64,000 nucleotides of DNA from Vicinamibacterales bacterium (GTDB taxonomy: Bacteria; Acidobacteriota; Vicinamibacteria; Vicinamibacterales; UBA2999): positions 14,181 through 78,180 of the forward strand of contig JBAZYO010000018.1 in NCBI GenBank assembly GCA_041659285.1, read 5' to 3'. The position numbers and the translations under genes were made by a program. Shown here one piece after another: positions 30,617 to 39,328 of this stretch (position 1 is its first letter; every line of letters begins with the position of its first letter). The notes under the pieces are model-generated. The model saw nothing but the letters and a program-made list of their open reading frames with translations. It did no database searches and was not told where the DNA came from.

Positions 30617-31137
30617 GACTTCAGCCGCTCCTTCCGACTTCACCCTTTTGGGGAAGCTATTAAATTGCCCCGCTCTTGCGACCGTCTATAAGCAAGAGCG
30701 ATGCCTATGAACCTGACCGAACTTGAACTTCCAATAACTGATATGAGCGACGGAAAGGATGACTGGGGATATAAACCGGAGGGCTTGAAAGTGCCTGCCG
30801 TCCGCTTGCCCGACGGCGGGCCCCGCCCCGGTCTTCCATGTCTATCGCGTTTATTATCAGAGGCTTAACAGCCCCTGCCGTTCCCGAATATCAGCGGTCC
30901 GAACACCGTTTACTGAAGATTAGACGCCGGACCCGCGTTTTGGGTTCTCCCCTGTATGTGTCACTTATCGGGGACACCCACAAACCGGGAAAAGGTAGCA
31001 TATGGGCATACTGTGTGGCAACAATTACACTCCGCCTACGCGGCCAGGCGTTTAATGGGCCGCTACGGCGAGACCCCGCCGTAGCTCGCCCGAGAATGCC
31101 GCGAGCGGAGGCGGGCCGCCTTCAAGAGCGCCCTAAA

Positions 31138-31770
31138 ATGACGTGCCCCCTGTGTCGAAAAAGACCCACCAAGCGGGACTGCCCCGCACTGGGCCGGGGA
31201 ATTTGTCCCACCTGCTGCGCCACCAAGCGGCTCGTCGAGATCACCTGCCCGGCCGATTGCGGGCACCTGGAGGCCGCCCAACGCCACCCGGCGGCCGTGG
31301 TTAAACGCCAAATCGACAGGGACGTGACGGTCTTGATGGCGACCACGGGGCGGCTGTCGGAACAGCAACTCCAGCTGTTCTTCCTTGTGCAGTCGATCAT
31401 CCTGGGTTACAAGCCCGACGGGCTGGCCCGGGTGCTCGACACCGATGTCGCGCAGGCGACAGGGGCGCTCGCCAACTCCCTGGAAACGTCGAGCCGGGGC
31501 GTTATCTTCGAGGAGGCCACCCCGTCCCTGGTGGCGGCGGCCCTGCGCAAGGAAATGCGGACCCTGGTGGACGAGATCACCAAGAACGGCGGCTCCCGGG
31601 CCGAGCGCGAGGTGGCGGCGGTGCTGCGCGGGATCGAACGCGGGGCCAGCCACCAGGGCGGCCAGGTAGACGAGGGGCCGACGGGCTACCTGGAACTGGT
31701 CCGCCGGGTCCTCCACCAGGGCGCGCCAAGGCGGGGTCAGACCCCGATTCTCGATCCGAGAGGGGTCTGA
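31138..31770 (+). CDS. Cys-rich (8-Cys N-terminal) protein of unknown function
   Basis: The N-terminus is MTCPLCRKRPTKRDCPALGRGICPTCCATKRLVEITCPADCGH, followed by an alpha-helical body. The start is at the internal ATG. The last roughly 12 codons and the stop lie inside REP-like hairpins, so the C-terminus is uncertain. Confidence 0.65.
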   Translation: MTCPLCRKRPTKRDCPALGRGICPTCCATKRLVEITCPADCGHLEAAQRHPAAVVKRQIDRDVTVLMATTGRLSEQQLQLFFLVQSIILGYKPDGLARVLDTDVAQATGALANSLETSSRGVIFEEATPSLVAAALRKEMRTLVDEITKNGGSRAEREVAAVLRGIERGASHQGGQVDEGPTGYLELVRRVLHQGAPRRGQTPILDPRGV

Positions 31771-31833
31771 CCCTACCGCGGCCCTGCGAAGGGGCCAGAC
31801 CCCTCGGGCAGAACCTGCTCGGGGTCAGGCCCC
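31733..31833. repeat. Cluster of four REP-like palindromic units GGGGYCWGRCCCC
   Basis: The units are ggggtcagacccc (31733-45), ggggtctgaccc (31762-73), ggggccagacccc (31791-803) and ggggtcaggcccc (31821-33). Units 1 and 2 are mutually inverted and can form a long hairpin. Confidence 0.8.
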
Positions 31834-31872
31834 GTACTGATAAGATAGGGGTTTCTTCAAGGAGCCTGTGTA

Positions 31873-32088
31873 ATGGCAATGCGCTGTGAAATCTGTGGCA
31901 AGGGTCCGGTGGTGGGCCGCCGTGTCTCTCACGCCCACAACGTCCGTCCCCGCCGCTTCGAGCCGAACCTCCAGACAGTTCGTGCGGTCGTCGATGGCGC
32001 CACCAAGCGCGTGAAGGTGTGCACGCGCTGCATCCGTTCGAGCAAGATCGTCAAGGCGGGGTCGAACAAGAACGTCAAGGCCGCCTAA
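31873..32088 (+). CDS. rpmB: 50S ribosomal protein L28 (Zn-ribbon C+ form)
   Basis: Matches MAMRCEICGKGPVVGRRVSHAHN...VCTRCIRS. AAGGAG lies 8 nt upstream of the ATG. Confidence 0.93.
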   Translation: MAMRCEICGKGPVVGRRVSHAHNVRPRRFEPNLQTVRAVVDGATKRVKVCTRCIRSSKIVKAGSNKNVKAA

Positions 32089-32469
32089 ATGCGGGAACTG
32101 GTGACGGCAGCCGGCGCGGTCAAGGCCATCGGGCCTTATTCGCCTGCGCTCAAGGTCGGGAACCTGCTGTTCCTGTCGGGATCGATTCCGCTTGATCCCG
32201 TCACCGGCCAGATCGTGGCCGGCGACATCACCGCCCAGGCGGCGCGCGTGATGGAAAACATCAAGGCGCTGCTGGCGGCGGCCGGCGCGGACTTCTCGCA
32301 CGTGGCACGCACCACCGTGTTCATGGTGGACCTCGGCGAGTTCGCCGCCATGAACGACGTCTACGCGAGCTACTTCACGGCGCCGTACCCGGCCCGCTCG
32401 ACCGTGCAGGTGGTGAAGCTCCCCAGGGACGTGCGCGTCGAAATCGACGTCATCGCCGTTCTGGGATAG
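32089..32469 (+). CDS. ridA: RidA/YjgF-family reactive-intermediate deaminase
   Basis: 126 aa with AIGPYSPA, LFLSGSIPLDP and ARSTVQVVKLPRDVRVEID motifs. Confidence 0.9.
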   Translation: MRELVTAAGAVKAIGPYSPALKVGNLLFLSGSIPLDPVTGQIVAGDITAQAARVMENIKALLAAAGADFSHVARTTVFMVDLGEFAAMNDVYASYFTAPYPARSTVQVVKLPRDVRVEIDVIAVLG

Positions 32470-34624
32470 GCGCCGTCCGCTCCACGTCCAACACCCCTTT
32501 GATCCCGCGGATCGCCTTGATCACCTGCTCGAGGTGTTTCATGTCCTTGATCTCGACGGTGATGTCGATGCGCCCGCGCTGGTCGCCGGTGCGCGCCTCG
32601 ACGTTGGTGATGTTGGTGTTGATGTCGGAAATCCGCTGGCTGAGCTCGGCGAGCATGCCCTTGCGGTCTTCGACCTCGATCGTCAGCCGCACGGTGTAGG
32701 GCGCGATGTCGCCGCCCTTGTCCCACTCGACGTCGATGCGGCGCTCGGGGTCGTACATCAGGTTGATCACATTCGGGCACTTGGCGGCGTGCACCGACAC
32801 GCCCTTGCCGCGCGTGATGTAGCCGACAATGCTCTCGCCGCGAATCGGGTTGCAGCACTTCGCCCGGAACACCATCAGGTCGTCGGCGCCGCGGACCTTG
32901 ATGCGATCGGGATCGGAGCCGGTCCGCAGCACGCGCTTCACCGCCGACAGCACCGGGTGTTCCGGCGCCTGCTCCTTCAGCTGGTCCTGCGGAACGATCT
33001 TGTCGAGCACCAGGCGCGGCGACACCTTGCCGTAGCCGATCTGCGCGAGCAGGTCCTCCGGCTTGGCGGCGGCGAACTCGGCGAGAATCCTGCCCATCGC
33101 CTCGCCTTCGACCAGCTTCGTGCCGTTCAGTCCAAACCGGCGCGCTTCCTTGTCGAACACGCGCTTGCCGAGCTCGACCGCGCGGTCCTTCTCTTCTCCC
33201 TGGATCAGGTGCTTGATCTTGTTGCGCGCGCGCGCGGTGACCGCGAAGTTCAGCCAGTCGCGGCTGGGCTTGTGCGAGGCGTTGCGGACAATCTCGACGA
33301 TGTCGCCGTTCTTGAGACGGGTGCGGAGCGGCACCATGCGCCCGTTGACGCGGGCGCCGACGCACTGGTGGCCGACGTCGGTGTGAATCGCGTAGGCGAA
33401 GTCGATCGCGGTGGAGCCCTTCGGCAGCACCTTCACCGTGCCGCGCGGCGTGAAGGTGTAGACCTCTTCGGGGTAGAGATCGATCTTGAGGTTCGACAGG
33501 AATTCCTGCGGGTCGCGGACTTCCTGCTGCCATTCGAGCAGCTGCCGCAGCCACTGGAAGTACTGCTCGTCGCGGCCGGCGCCGACGCGGCCTTCCTTGT
33601 ACTTCCAGTGCGCGGCAATGCCTTCCTCGGCCAGCCGGTGCATTTCCTCGGTGCGGATCTGCACCTCGAAGGGAAAGCCGCGGTCGCTGATCACCGAGGT
33701 GTGCAGCGACTGGTAGCCGTTGGGCCGCGGCATGGCGATGAAGTCCTTGATGCGGCCCGGCACCGGCGACCACGTCTGGTGAATGATCCCGAGCGCGGCG
33801 TAACAGTCCTTCACCGACGGCGTGACAATGCGGAGGGCGACGAAGTCGTAGACCTGCTCGAGGTCGATCTTCTGGCGCTTGAGTTTGAGCCAGATGCTGT
33901 AGAGGCGCTTGACCCGGCCGTCGACGCTGATCACCGGCACTTGCGCCTCGCGCAGCTTGTCGCGGATGTCGGCGGTCAGCTGCTCGATCATCCCCTCGGT
34001 GGGCTTGCGCTTGGCCGCCACCTTGGAGCGGAGCGACTCGAAGGCGGCGGGCTCGAGGTAGCGGAACGACAGCTCCTCGAGCTCGTTCTTGATGCGGCTC
34101 ATGCCCAGCCGGTTGGCGATCGGCGCGTAGATGTCGAGCGTCTCCTGCGCGATGCGGGCGCGCCGGTCGTCGGGCATGTGCTGGAGCGTGCGCATGTTGT
34201 GGAGCCGGTCGGCGAGCTTGACCAGGATGACGCGGATGTCGTCCACCATCGCCAGCAGCATCTTGCGGAAGTTTTCCGCCTGGCGCTCCTCGGTGGACGA
34301 AAAGGGGATGGCGCCGATCTTGGTGACGCCCTCGACGATGTGGGCGACGTCCTCGCCGAACTTCTCGCGGATCTTCTCGGGGGTGGTCAGCGTGTCTTCG
34401 ACCACGTCGTGGAGCAGGCCGGCCGCGATACAGACCGCGTCCAGCTTCATTTCGGCCAGGATGTCGGCCACTTCCAGGGGGTGGACCAGGTAGGGTTCGC
34501 CCGAATGGCGGATCTGTCCCTTGTGCTCCAGGGCCGAAAATACGTAGGCCCGGCGGAGCAACTCGAGATCGGCGTCCGGGCTGTAGCCGCGGACCTTGTC
34601 GAGCAGATCCTCGAAGCGAATCAT
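32450..34624 (-). CDS. rel: Bifunctional (p)ppGpp synthetase/hydrolase (RelA/SpoT homologue)
   Basis: HD hydrolase domain (HSGEPYLVHPLEVA), synthetase domain, and TGS and ACT regions. 724 aa. Converges on ridA with a 20-nt overlap. Confidence 0.96.
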   Translation of the reverse strand: MIRFEDLLDKVRGYSPDADLELLRRAYVFSALEHKGQIRHSGEPYLVHPLEVADILAEMKLDAVCIAAGLLHDVVEDTLTTPEKIREKFGEDVAHIVEGVTKIGAIPFSSTEERQAENFRKMLLAMVDDIRVILVKLADRLHNMRTLQHMPDDRRARIAQETLDIYAPIANRLGMSRIKNELEELSFRYLEPAAFESLRSKVAAKRKPTEGMIEQLTADIRDKLREAQVPVISVDGRVKRLYSIWLKLKRQKIDLEQVYDFVALRIVTPSVKDCYAALGIIHQTWSPVPGRIKDFIAMPRPNGYQSLHTSVISDRGFPFEVQIRTEEMHRLAEEGIAAHWKYKEGRVGAGRDEQYFQWLRQLLEWQQEVRDPQEFLSNLKIDLYPEEVYTFTPRGTVKVLPKGSTAIDFAYAIHTDVGHQCVGARVNGRMVPLRTRLKNGDIVEIVRNASHKPSRDWLNFAVTARARNKIKHLIQGEEKDRAVELGKRVFDKEARRFGLNGTKLVEGEAMGRILAEFAAAKPEDLLAQIGYGKVSPRLVLDKIVPQDQLKEQAPEHPVLSAVKRVLRTGSDPDRIKVRGADDLMVFRAKCCNPIRGESIVGYITRGKGVSVHAAKCPNVINLMYDPERRIDVEWDKGGDIAPYTVRLTIEVEDRKGMLAELSQRISDINTNITNVEARTGDQRGRIDITVEIKDMKHLEQVIKAIRGIKGVLDVERTAPIPERR

Positions 34625-34661
34625 GAAGTTCGGTGTCTAATGGCTTTATCGGTCGCTGAAG

Positions 34662-34775
34662 GTCCGGCTAGAGCCGGACATTTGGCGCTGAGGGTCCGGC
34701 TAAAGCCGGACGCTACATTTAGAGACAAGCCCGCCGAGCCGGAAGTGCCATGTGGCGTCCGCCTTTAGGCGGACC
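34662..34775. repeat. Three REP-like hairpins GTCCGSCT-NN-AGSCGGAC (two in a roughly 33-nt tandem unit)
   Basis: The hairpins are ggtccggctagagccggac (34662-80), gtccggctaaagccggac (34695-712) and gtccgcctttaggcggac (34758-75). The first two share the flanks cgctgaRgg. Confidence 0.8.
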
Positions 34776-34809
34776 TTGCCTCCATCATAGGGCATGACCT
34801 CACTGGTGG

Positions 34810-34839
34810 TTGCGGGGGGTCTGGAAACGAAGCTATACT
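34810..34839 (+). promoter_or_regulatory. Candidate sigma70-type promoter TTGCGG-N18-TATACT
   Basis: Motif spacing read directly from the sequence. About 55 nt upstream of the TPR lipoprotein start. Confidence 0.3.
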
Positions 34840-34892
34840 TTCCGGCCTTGCGGCTTGAACGTGTTTTACAGGGACTTACAGGGGGAATTCTG

Positions 34893-35837
34893 ATGAGAAA
34901 GCGGTCTTCGGCAGCGTATTTGGCGCTGGTTATGGGACTGGGCGTCGCGCTTGCCGGTTGCGGATACATCGGCGAGGTCCGCGCCATGAAGGCGTTCAAG
35001 GACGGCAACAAGGCCTACGGCGCCAGCGATTGGCGGGCGGCGGCCGAGAAGTACGAGGAAGCGGCGGCGCTCGATCCGAACAACGCGGCCATCTTCTTCT
35101 ACCTGGCCAACTCGTACGACAACATGTACCGGCCGGCCCGTAAGGGTGAGGCGGCCAACGACGAGCTGATGCTCAAGGCCGTCGAAAACTACAAGCTCGC
35201 GAGCGAGAAGCTGACGGAAGACACCGTGCCGAAGCGCTCGCTGGCCCTGGAATTCCTGGTCGCGGCCTACGGCCCCGACAAGCTGGCCGACCCGACCCAG
35301 GCCGAGCCGGTGGTGAAGCGCATGATCGAACTGGCGCCCAACGAGCCGACCAACTATTTCCAGCTCGCGAAGATTTACGAAGACTCGGGCGAGTACCAGC
35401 TGGCCGAAGAAACCTACCTGAAGGGCCGTGACGCCAAGCCCAACGACCCGACCGTGTACCTGACCGTGGCCGGCTACTACAACCGGCAGGGCGACTTCCC
35501 CAAGCTGGTGGAGAACCTCAGGAAGCGCGTGGACCTCGAACCGACCAACCCCGAGGCCCACTACACGCTCGCCACCTACCACTGGGACAAGGCATCGCGC
35601 GACTTCCGCCTCTCCGACAAGGAAAAGTTGCAGCTCGTGCTCGACGGCCTCACCGCGGTGAACAAGGCCCTCGAGATCAAGCCCGACTACGTCGAGGCCA
35701 TCACCTACAAGGGCCTGCTGCTCCGCACGCAGGCGCTCGTCGAGAAGGACCCCAAGAAGCAGCAGGCGCTGCTCAAGGAAGCCACGGAGCTGGGCGACAA
35801 GGCTAACGCCATGCGCAAGGCCAAGGCCGCCAGCTAA
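34893..35837 (+). CDS. TPR-repeat lipoprotein
   Basis: Start at MRKRSSAAYLALVMGLGVALAGC (lipobox LAGC). Has multiple TPR-like helical repeats. Confidence 0.8.
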   Translation: MRKRSSAAYLALVMGLGVALAGCGYIGEVRAMKAFKDGNKAYGASDWRAAAEKYEEAAALDPNNAAIFFYLANSYDNMYRPARKGEAANDELMLKAVENYKLASEKLTEDTVPKRSLALEFLVAAYGPDKLADPTQAEPVVKRMIELAPNEPTNYFQLAKIYEDSGEYQLAEETYLKGRDAKPNDPTVYLTVAGYYNRQGDFPKLVENLRKRVDLEPTNPEAHYTLATYHWDKASRDFRLSDKEKLQLVLDGLTAVNKALEIKPDYVEAITYKGLLLRTQALVEKDPKKQQALLKEATELGDKANAMRKAKAAS

Positions 35838-35864
35838 ATCGGGCATACGCCCAAAACAATCTAA

Positions 35865-35907
35865 ACGGGCCGCTCCCGCCTTGCGCGGGGCGGCCCGTTT
35901 TTCTTTT
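35865..35907 (+). terminator. Rho-independent terminator
   Basis: 14-bp GC-rich stem (acgggccgc[t]cccgc / gcggggcggcccgt) with loop cttgc, followed by TTTTTCTTTT. Confidence 0.85.
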
Positions 35908-35934
35908 ACCTGCCCGTCATCCGCCAGTGATAAT
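35906..35934 (+). promoter_or_regulatory. Candidate promoter TTACCT-N17-GATAAT
   Basis: Motifs read directly from the sequence. About 30 nt upstream of the receptor start, with AGGAG in between. Confidence 0.35.
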
Positions 35935-35961
35935 TTCGTTCTGTTCAGGAGCGATGTACAC

Positions 35962-38900
35962 ATGAAACTTTTGATTAGGTTTGCCTTCTCCCTCGTCGCC
36001 GTTTTTGCACTTGCCACGGTCGTGAGCGCCCAGGGCGTGACCACCGGCGCCCTCGCCGGGAAGGTCGTCGATTCACAGCAGCAGGCCGTCTCCGGCGCCA
36101 GCGTGATCGCGATTCACCTACCCTCCGGCACCAGCTACGAAGCCACCACGCGCGCCGACGGCCGGTTCTCCATCCCCGGCATGCGCGTCGGCGGTCCCTA
36201 CTCGGTGACAGTGGCCTATGCGGGCACCGGCGCCGCGGCGTTCCAGCCCGAGACCCAGGACAACGTCGAGGTCATCCTCGGCGGCGCCACCGACCTCCAG
36301 TTCATGCTGAAGAACATCTCCATCACCGAGACGGTCACCGTCACGGCGCAGTCCGACACCGTCTTCAACTCCGAGCGCACCGGCTCGGCCACCTCGGTCA
36401 GCCGCGAAACCATCGCCGCGCTGCCCACCATCAGCAACCGCATCGATGCCATCGTCCGCATGGCCCCCGAGGCGCGCGGCCTGTCGGTGGCCGGCCAGGG
36501 CTCGGGCATGAACAACATCACGGTTGACGGCTCCTACTTCAACAACTCGTTCGGCCTGGGCTCGGCGCCCGGCGAGCGCACCAACGTCGCGCCGATCTCG
36601 ATGGAGGCCATCGAGCAGGTGCAGGTGAGCGTGGCGCCCTACGACGTGCGCCAGGGCAACTTCGTCGGCGCCGGCGTCAACAGCGTCACCCGCAGCGGCA
36701 CTAACAAGTTCTCGGCCGCCGGCTCCTACCAGTTCCGCGACAACAGCATGGTGGGCACCAAGGCGAAGAACGCCACGGTCAACCCCGGCACGTTCGACTT
36801 CAAGAACGGCGGCGGCTGGGCGTCCGGCCCCGTGATCGAGAACAAGCTGTTCTTCTTCGGCAGTCTGGAAGGCGAGAAGACGGAGCAGCCCGGCACGACG
36901 TTCCGCGCCAACACGGGTGGCGAGGCGGTGGGCGGCAGCGTGACGCGCGTGCTCGCGTCCGACCTTGACTCGCTCAGCTCCTACCTCAAGACGAACTTCA
37001 GTTACGACACCGGCAAGTATCAGGACTACCCGTTCGCGACGCCCGGCCGCCGCGTCCTGGCCAAGTTCGACTACAACCTGAACAACCGCAACAAGCTGTC
37101 GTTCCGCTACAACCAGCTCGACTCGGACACCGACGTGCTGCTGTCCAACTCCACGTCGCTCGGCTTCGGCAACCGCCGCACGTCGACCTTCGGCCTGAAC
37201 TTCGAGTCGTCGAACTACACGATTCTCGAAAACAACAAGTACGGCATCGCCGAGTTGAACACGATCATCGGCACGAAGATGGCCAACTCCCTGATCGTCG
37301 GTTACGGCCAGTCCGACGAGAGCCGCGGCGACATCGGCAAGCTCTTCCCGCTGGTTGACATCCTGCAGGCCGGCTCGGTCTACACGACGATTGGCTCCGA
37401 GCCGTTCACGCCGAACAACGAACTGCGCTACAAGACCTACCAGGTGCAGGACAGCTTGACCAAGTTCGGTGAGAAGCACTCGTTCACCGTCGGCTTCGCC
37501 GCCGAGAAGTACAAGTCCGAGAACGTGTTCTTCCCCGGCAAGCAGAGCGCCTACGTCTACAACTCGCTGGCCGATTTCTACACCGACGCCAACGACTACC
37601 TGGCCAACCCGAACCGCACCACGTCGCCGGTCACGCTGGCGCGGTTCCAGGTGCGCTACAACAACATTCCCGGGGCGGAAAAGCCCCTCCAGCCGCTCGA
37701 CGTGCTCTACTGGGGCGCCTACGCCCAGGACGAGTGGTCGGTGGCCGACAACCTCAAGGTGATCGCCGGCGTGCGCGTGGACGTGGCGTCGTTCAAGGAC
37801 ACCGGGTTCGCCAACCCGGTCGCCGACGGGATGACGTTCCGCGATGAGACGGGCGGATCGGTGCAGTACTCGACCGGCAAGCTGCCCGACGCCAACCCGC
37901 TCTTCTCGCCGCGCGTGGGCTTCAACTGGGACGTCTTCAAGAACCGCGACACCCAGGTGCGCGGCGGCACGGGCGTGTTCACCGGCAAGCCGTTGTTCGT
38001 GTGGATCTCGAACCAGATCGGCAACACCGGCATGCAGACCGGCTTCATCGACTCGGGCACGGGCGGCACACGGGCGTATCCGTTCAACCCCAATCCCGAC
38101 GCCTACAAGCCGGCGACGGTCACCGGCGCGCCGCCGGTCAGCACCAACCTGGCCATCACCGACAAGGACTTCAAGTTCCCGCAGGTGTGGCGCACCAACC
38201 TCGCCATCGACCAGAAGTTGCCCTTTGGCGTGGTCGGCACGGCGGAGTTCCTCTACGGCCGCGACGTCAACGGCATTTACTACATCAACGCCAACCTGCC
38301 GGCGGCGCAGACCACCTTCGTCGGCGCCGACCCGCGGCCGCGCTTCACCAGCAACCGCGTCAACGCCACCATCACCGACGCCACCGTGATGAAGAACCAG
38401 AACATCGGCCGTAACTGGAACGTGACGGGCAACGTCAAGAAGACGTTCCGCGACGGCTTCCTTCAGGCCGCCTACAACTACGGCGAAGCGAAGAACACCA
38501 TCGACCCGGGTTCAATTGCCAACGGCTCCTACTTCGGCAACGCCGTGTCGGGCGACCCCAACAACCCCGGCCTGGGCTTCAGCGCCAACTCGCCGGGCCA
38601 CCGCTTCTTCGTGGCGGCCAACTACCGCCGCGAGTACTTCGGCTTCGGCGCCACCGGCATCTCGATGTTCTGGGAGGCCCGGACGATCGGGAACACCAGC
38701 TACATCTACTCGGGCGACCTCAACGGCGACAGCGCCACGGGCAACGACCTGATCTACATCCCGAGCAACACCGGCGAGATGAACTTCACCGCGTTCACGA
38801 CGGGCGGCGTGACCTACACTGCCGACCAGCAGGCCGCGGCGTGGGAGTCCTACATCGCCCAGGATGAGTACCTGAGCGCGCACCGCGGCGAGTACTCGGT

Positions 38901-39228
38901 CCGCAACGCCGTGTTCCTGCCATTCATGAAGAGAATGGACCTGAGCATTTCCCAGGACGTCTTCAAGAGCATCGGCGGGACCCGCCAGCGCTTCCAGTTC
39001 CGCGCCGACTTCATCAACTTCGGCAACCTGCTGAACAAGAACTGGGGCGTGTCGCAGCGCCTCATCTCGAACTCGCCGCTCACCAACCCCGGCGTTGACG
39101 CCAGCGGCCGCGCCACTTACCGGCTTCGGGTGATCAACGGCGCGCTGATGACCAAGTCGCTGCAGCAGACGTCGGACCTGAACGACGTCTACAAGGTGAT
39201 GCTCAGCTTCCGCTACTTCTTCAACTAG
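35962..39228 (+). CDS. TonB-dependent receptor with N-terminal carboxypeptidase-regulatory-like domain (Oar-like)
   Basis: Has a signal peptide (VVSAQG) and a CarboxypepD_reg-like segment (GKVVDSQQQAVSGASVIAIHLPSGTSYEATTRADGRFSIPGMRVGGPY). Also has a plug region and a long beta-barrel of 1088 aa. Confidence 0.88.
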   Translation: MKLLIRFAFSLVAVFALATVVSAQGVTTGALAGKVVDSQQQAVSGASVIAIHLPSGTSYEATTRADGRFSIPGMRVGGPYSVTVAYAGTGAAAFQPETQDNVEVILGGATDLQFMLKNISITETVTVTAQSDTVFNSERTGSATSVSRETIAALPTISNRIDAIVRMAPEARGLSVAGQGSGMNNITVDGSYFNNSFGLGSAPGERTNVAPISMEAIEQVQVSVAPYDVRQGNFVGAGVNSVTRSGTNKFSAAGSYQFRDNSMVGTKAKNATVNPGTFDFKNGGGWASGPVIENKLFFFGSLEGEKTEQPGTTFRANTGGEAVGGSVTRVLASDLDSLSSYLKTNFSYDTGKYQDYPFATPGRRVLAKFDYNLNNRNKLSFRYNQLDSDTDVLLSNSTSLGFGNRRTSTFGLNFESSNYTILENNKYGIAELNTIIGTKMANSLIVGYGQSDESRGDIGKLFPLVDILQAGSVYTTIGSEPFTPNNELRYKTYQVQDSLTKFGEKHSFTVGFAAEKYKSENVFFPGKQSAYVYNSLADFYTDANDYLANPNRTTSPVTLARFQVRYNNIPGAEKPLQPLDVLYWGAYAQDEWSVADNLKVIAGVRVDVASFKDTGFANPVADGMTFRDETGGSVQYSTGKLPDANPLFSPRVGFNWDVFKNRDTQVRGGTGVFTGKPLFVWISNQIGNTGMQTGFIDSGTGGTRAYPFNPNPDAYKPATVTGAPPVSTNLAITDKDFKFPQVWRTNLAIDQKLPFGVVGTAEFLYGRDVNGIYYINANLPAAQTTFVGADPRPRFTSNRVNATITDATVMKNQNIGRNWNVTGNVKKTFRDGFLQAAYNYGEAKNTIDPGSIANGSYFGNAVSGDPNNPGLGFSANSPGHRFFVAANYRREYFGFGATGISMFWEARTIGNTSYIYSGDLNGDSATGNDLIYIPSNTGEMNFTAFTTGGVTYTADQQAAAWESYIAQDEYLSAHRGEYSVRNAVFLPFMKRMDLSISQDVFKSIGGTRQRFQFRADFINFGNLLNKNWGVSQRLISNSPLTNPGVDASGRATYRLRVINGALMTKSLQQTSDLNDVYKVMLSFRYFFN

Positions 39229-39285
39229 ATTCCCGCCTTCGCCCGTGGCATTTCCTGCCTGGGCTTCGGCGCGGCAAGCTCGATC

Positions 39286-39319
39286 AAGGGGCGGGTCTTC
39301 GGACCCGCCCCTTTTCGTT
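39286..39319 (+). terminator. Rho-independent terminator
   Basis: Perfect 12-bp stem aaggggcgggtc / gacccgcccctt with loop ttcg, followed by a T-rich tract. Confidence 0.85.
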
Positions 39320-39328
39320 GTCCGCGTG

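Noticed and set aside
30838-31137. 100-codon N-terminal extension of the Cys-rich protein ORF.
   Set aside because: The extension has low GC and atypical codon usage and crosses several hairpins. The Cys-rich module starts exactly at the ATG at 31138.
30617-31137. RNase P RNA, tmRNA, SRP RNA or 6S RNA in the large dksA-proximal gap. The gaps at 15580-15872, 43765-44098 and 54339-54915 were checked as well.
   Set aside because: By eye I could not find the conserved cores on either strand: GAGGAAAGUCC for RNase P, GGGG...tag ORF...CCA for tmRNA, or GGAAGCAGCC for SRP. No tRNA-like cloverleaf ends were seen either. A covariance-model scan would be needed to be certain.
34662-34775. Possible CRISPR array. 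The same was considered for 31733-31833 and 39329-39383.
   Set aside because: The repeat units are only 9-19 nt, and each locus has just three or four copies. Spacing is irregular or too short for spacers, and no cas genes are present. The units are better described as REP-like hairpins or operator repeats.
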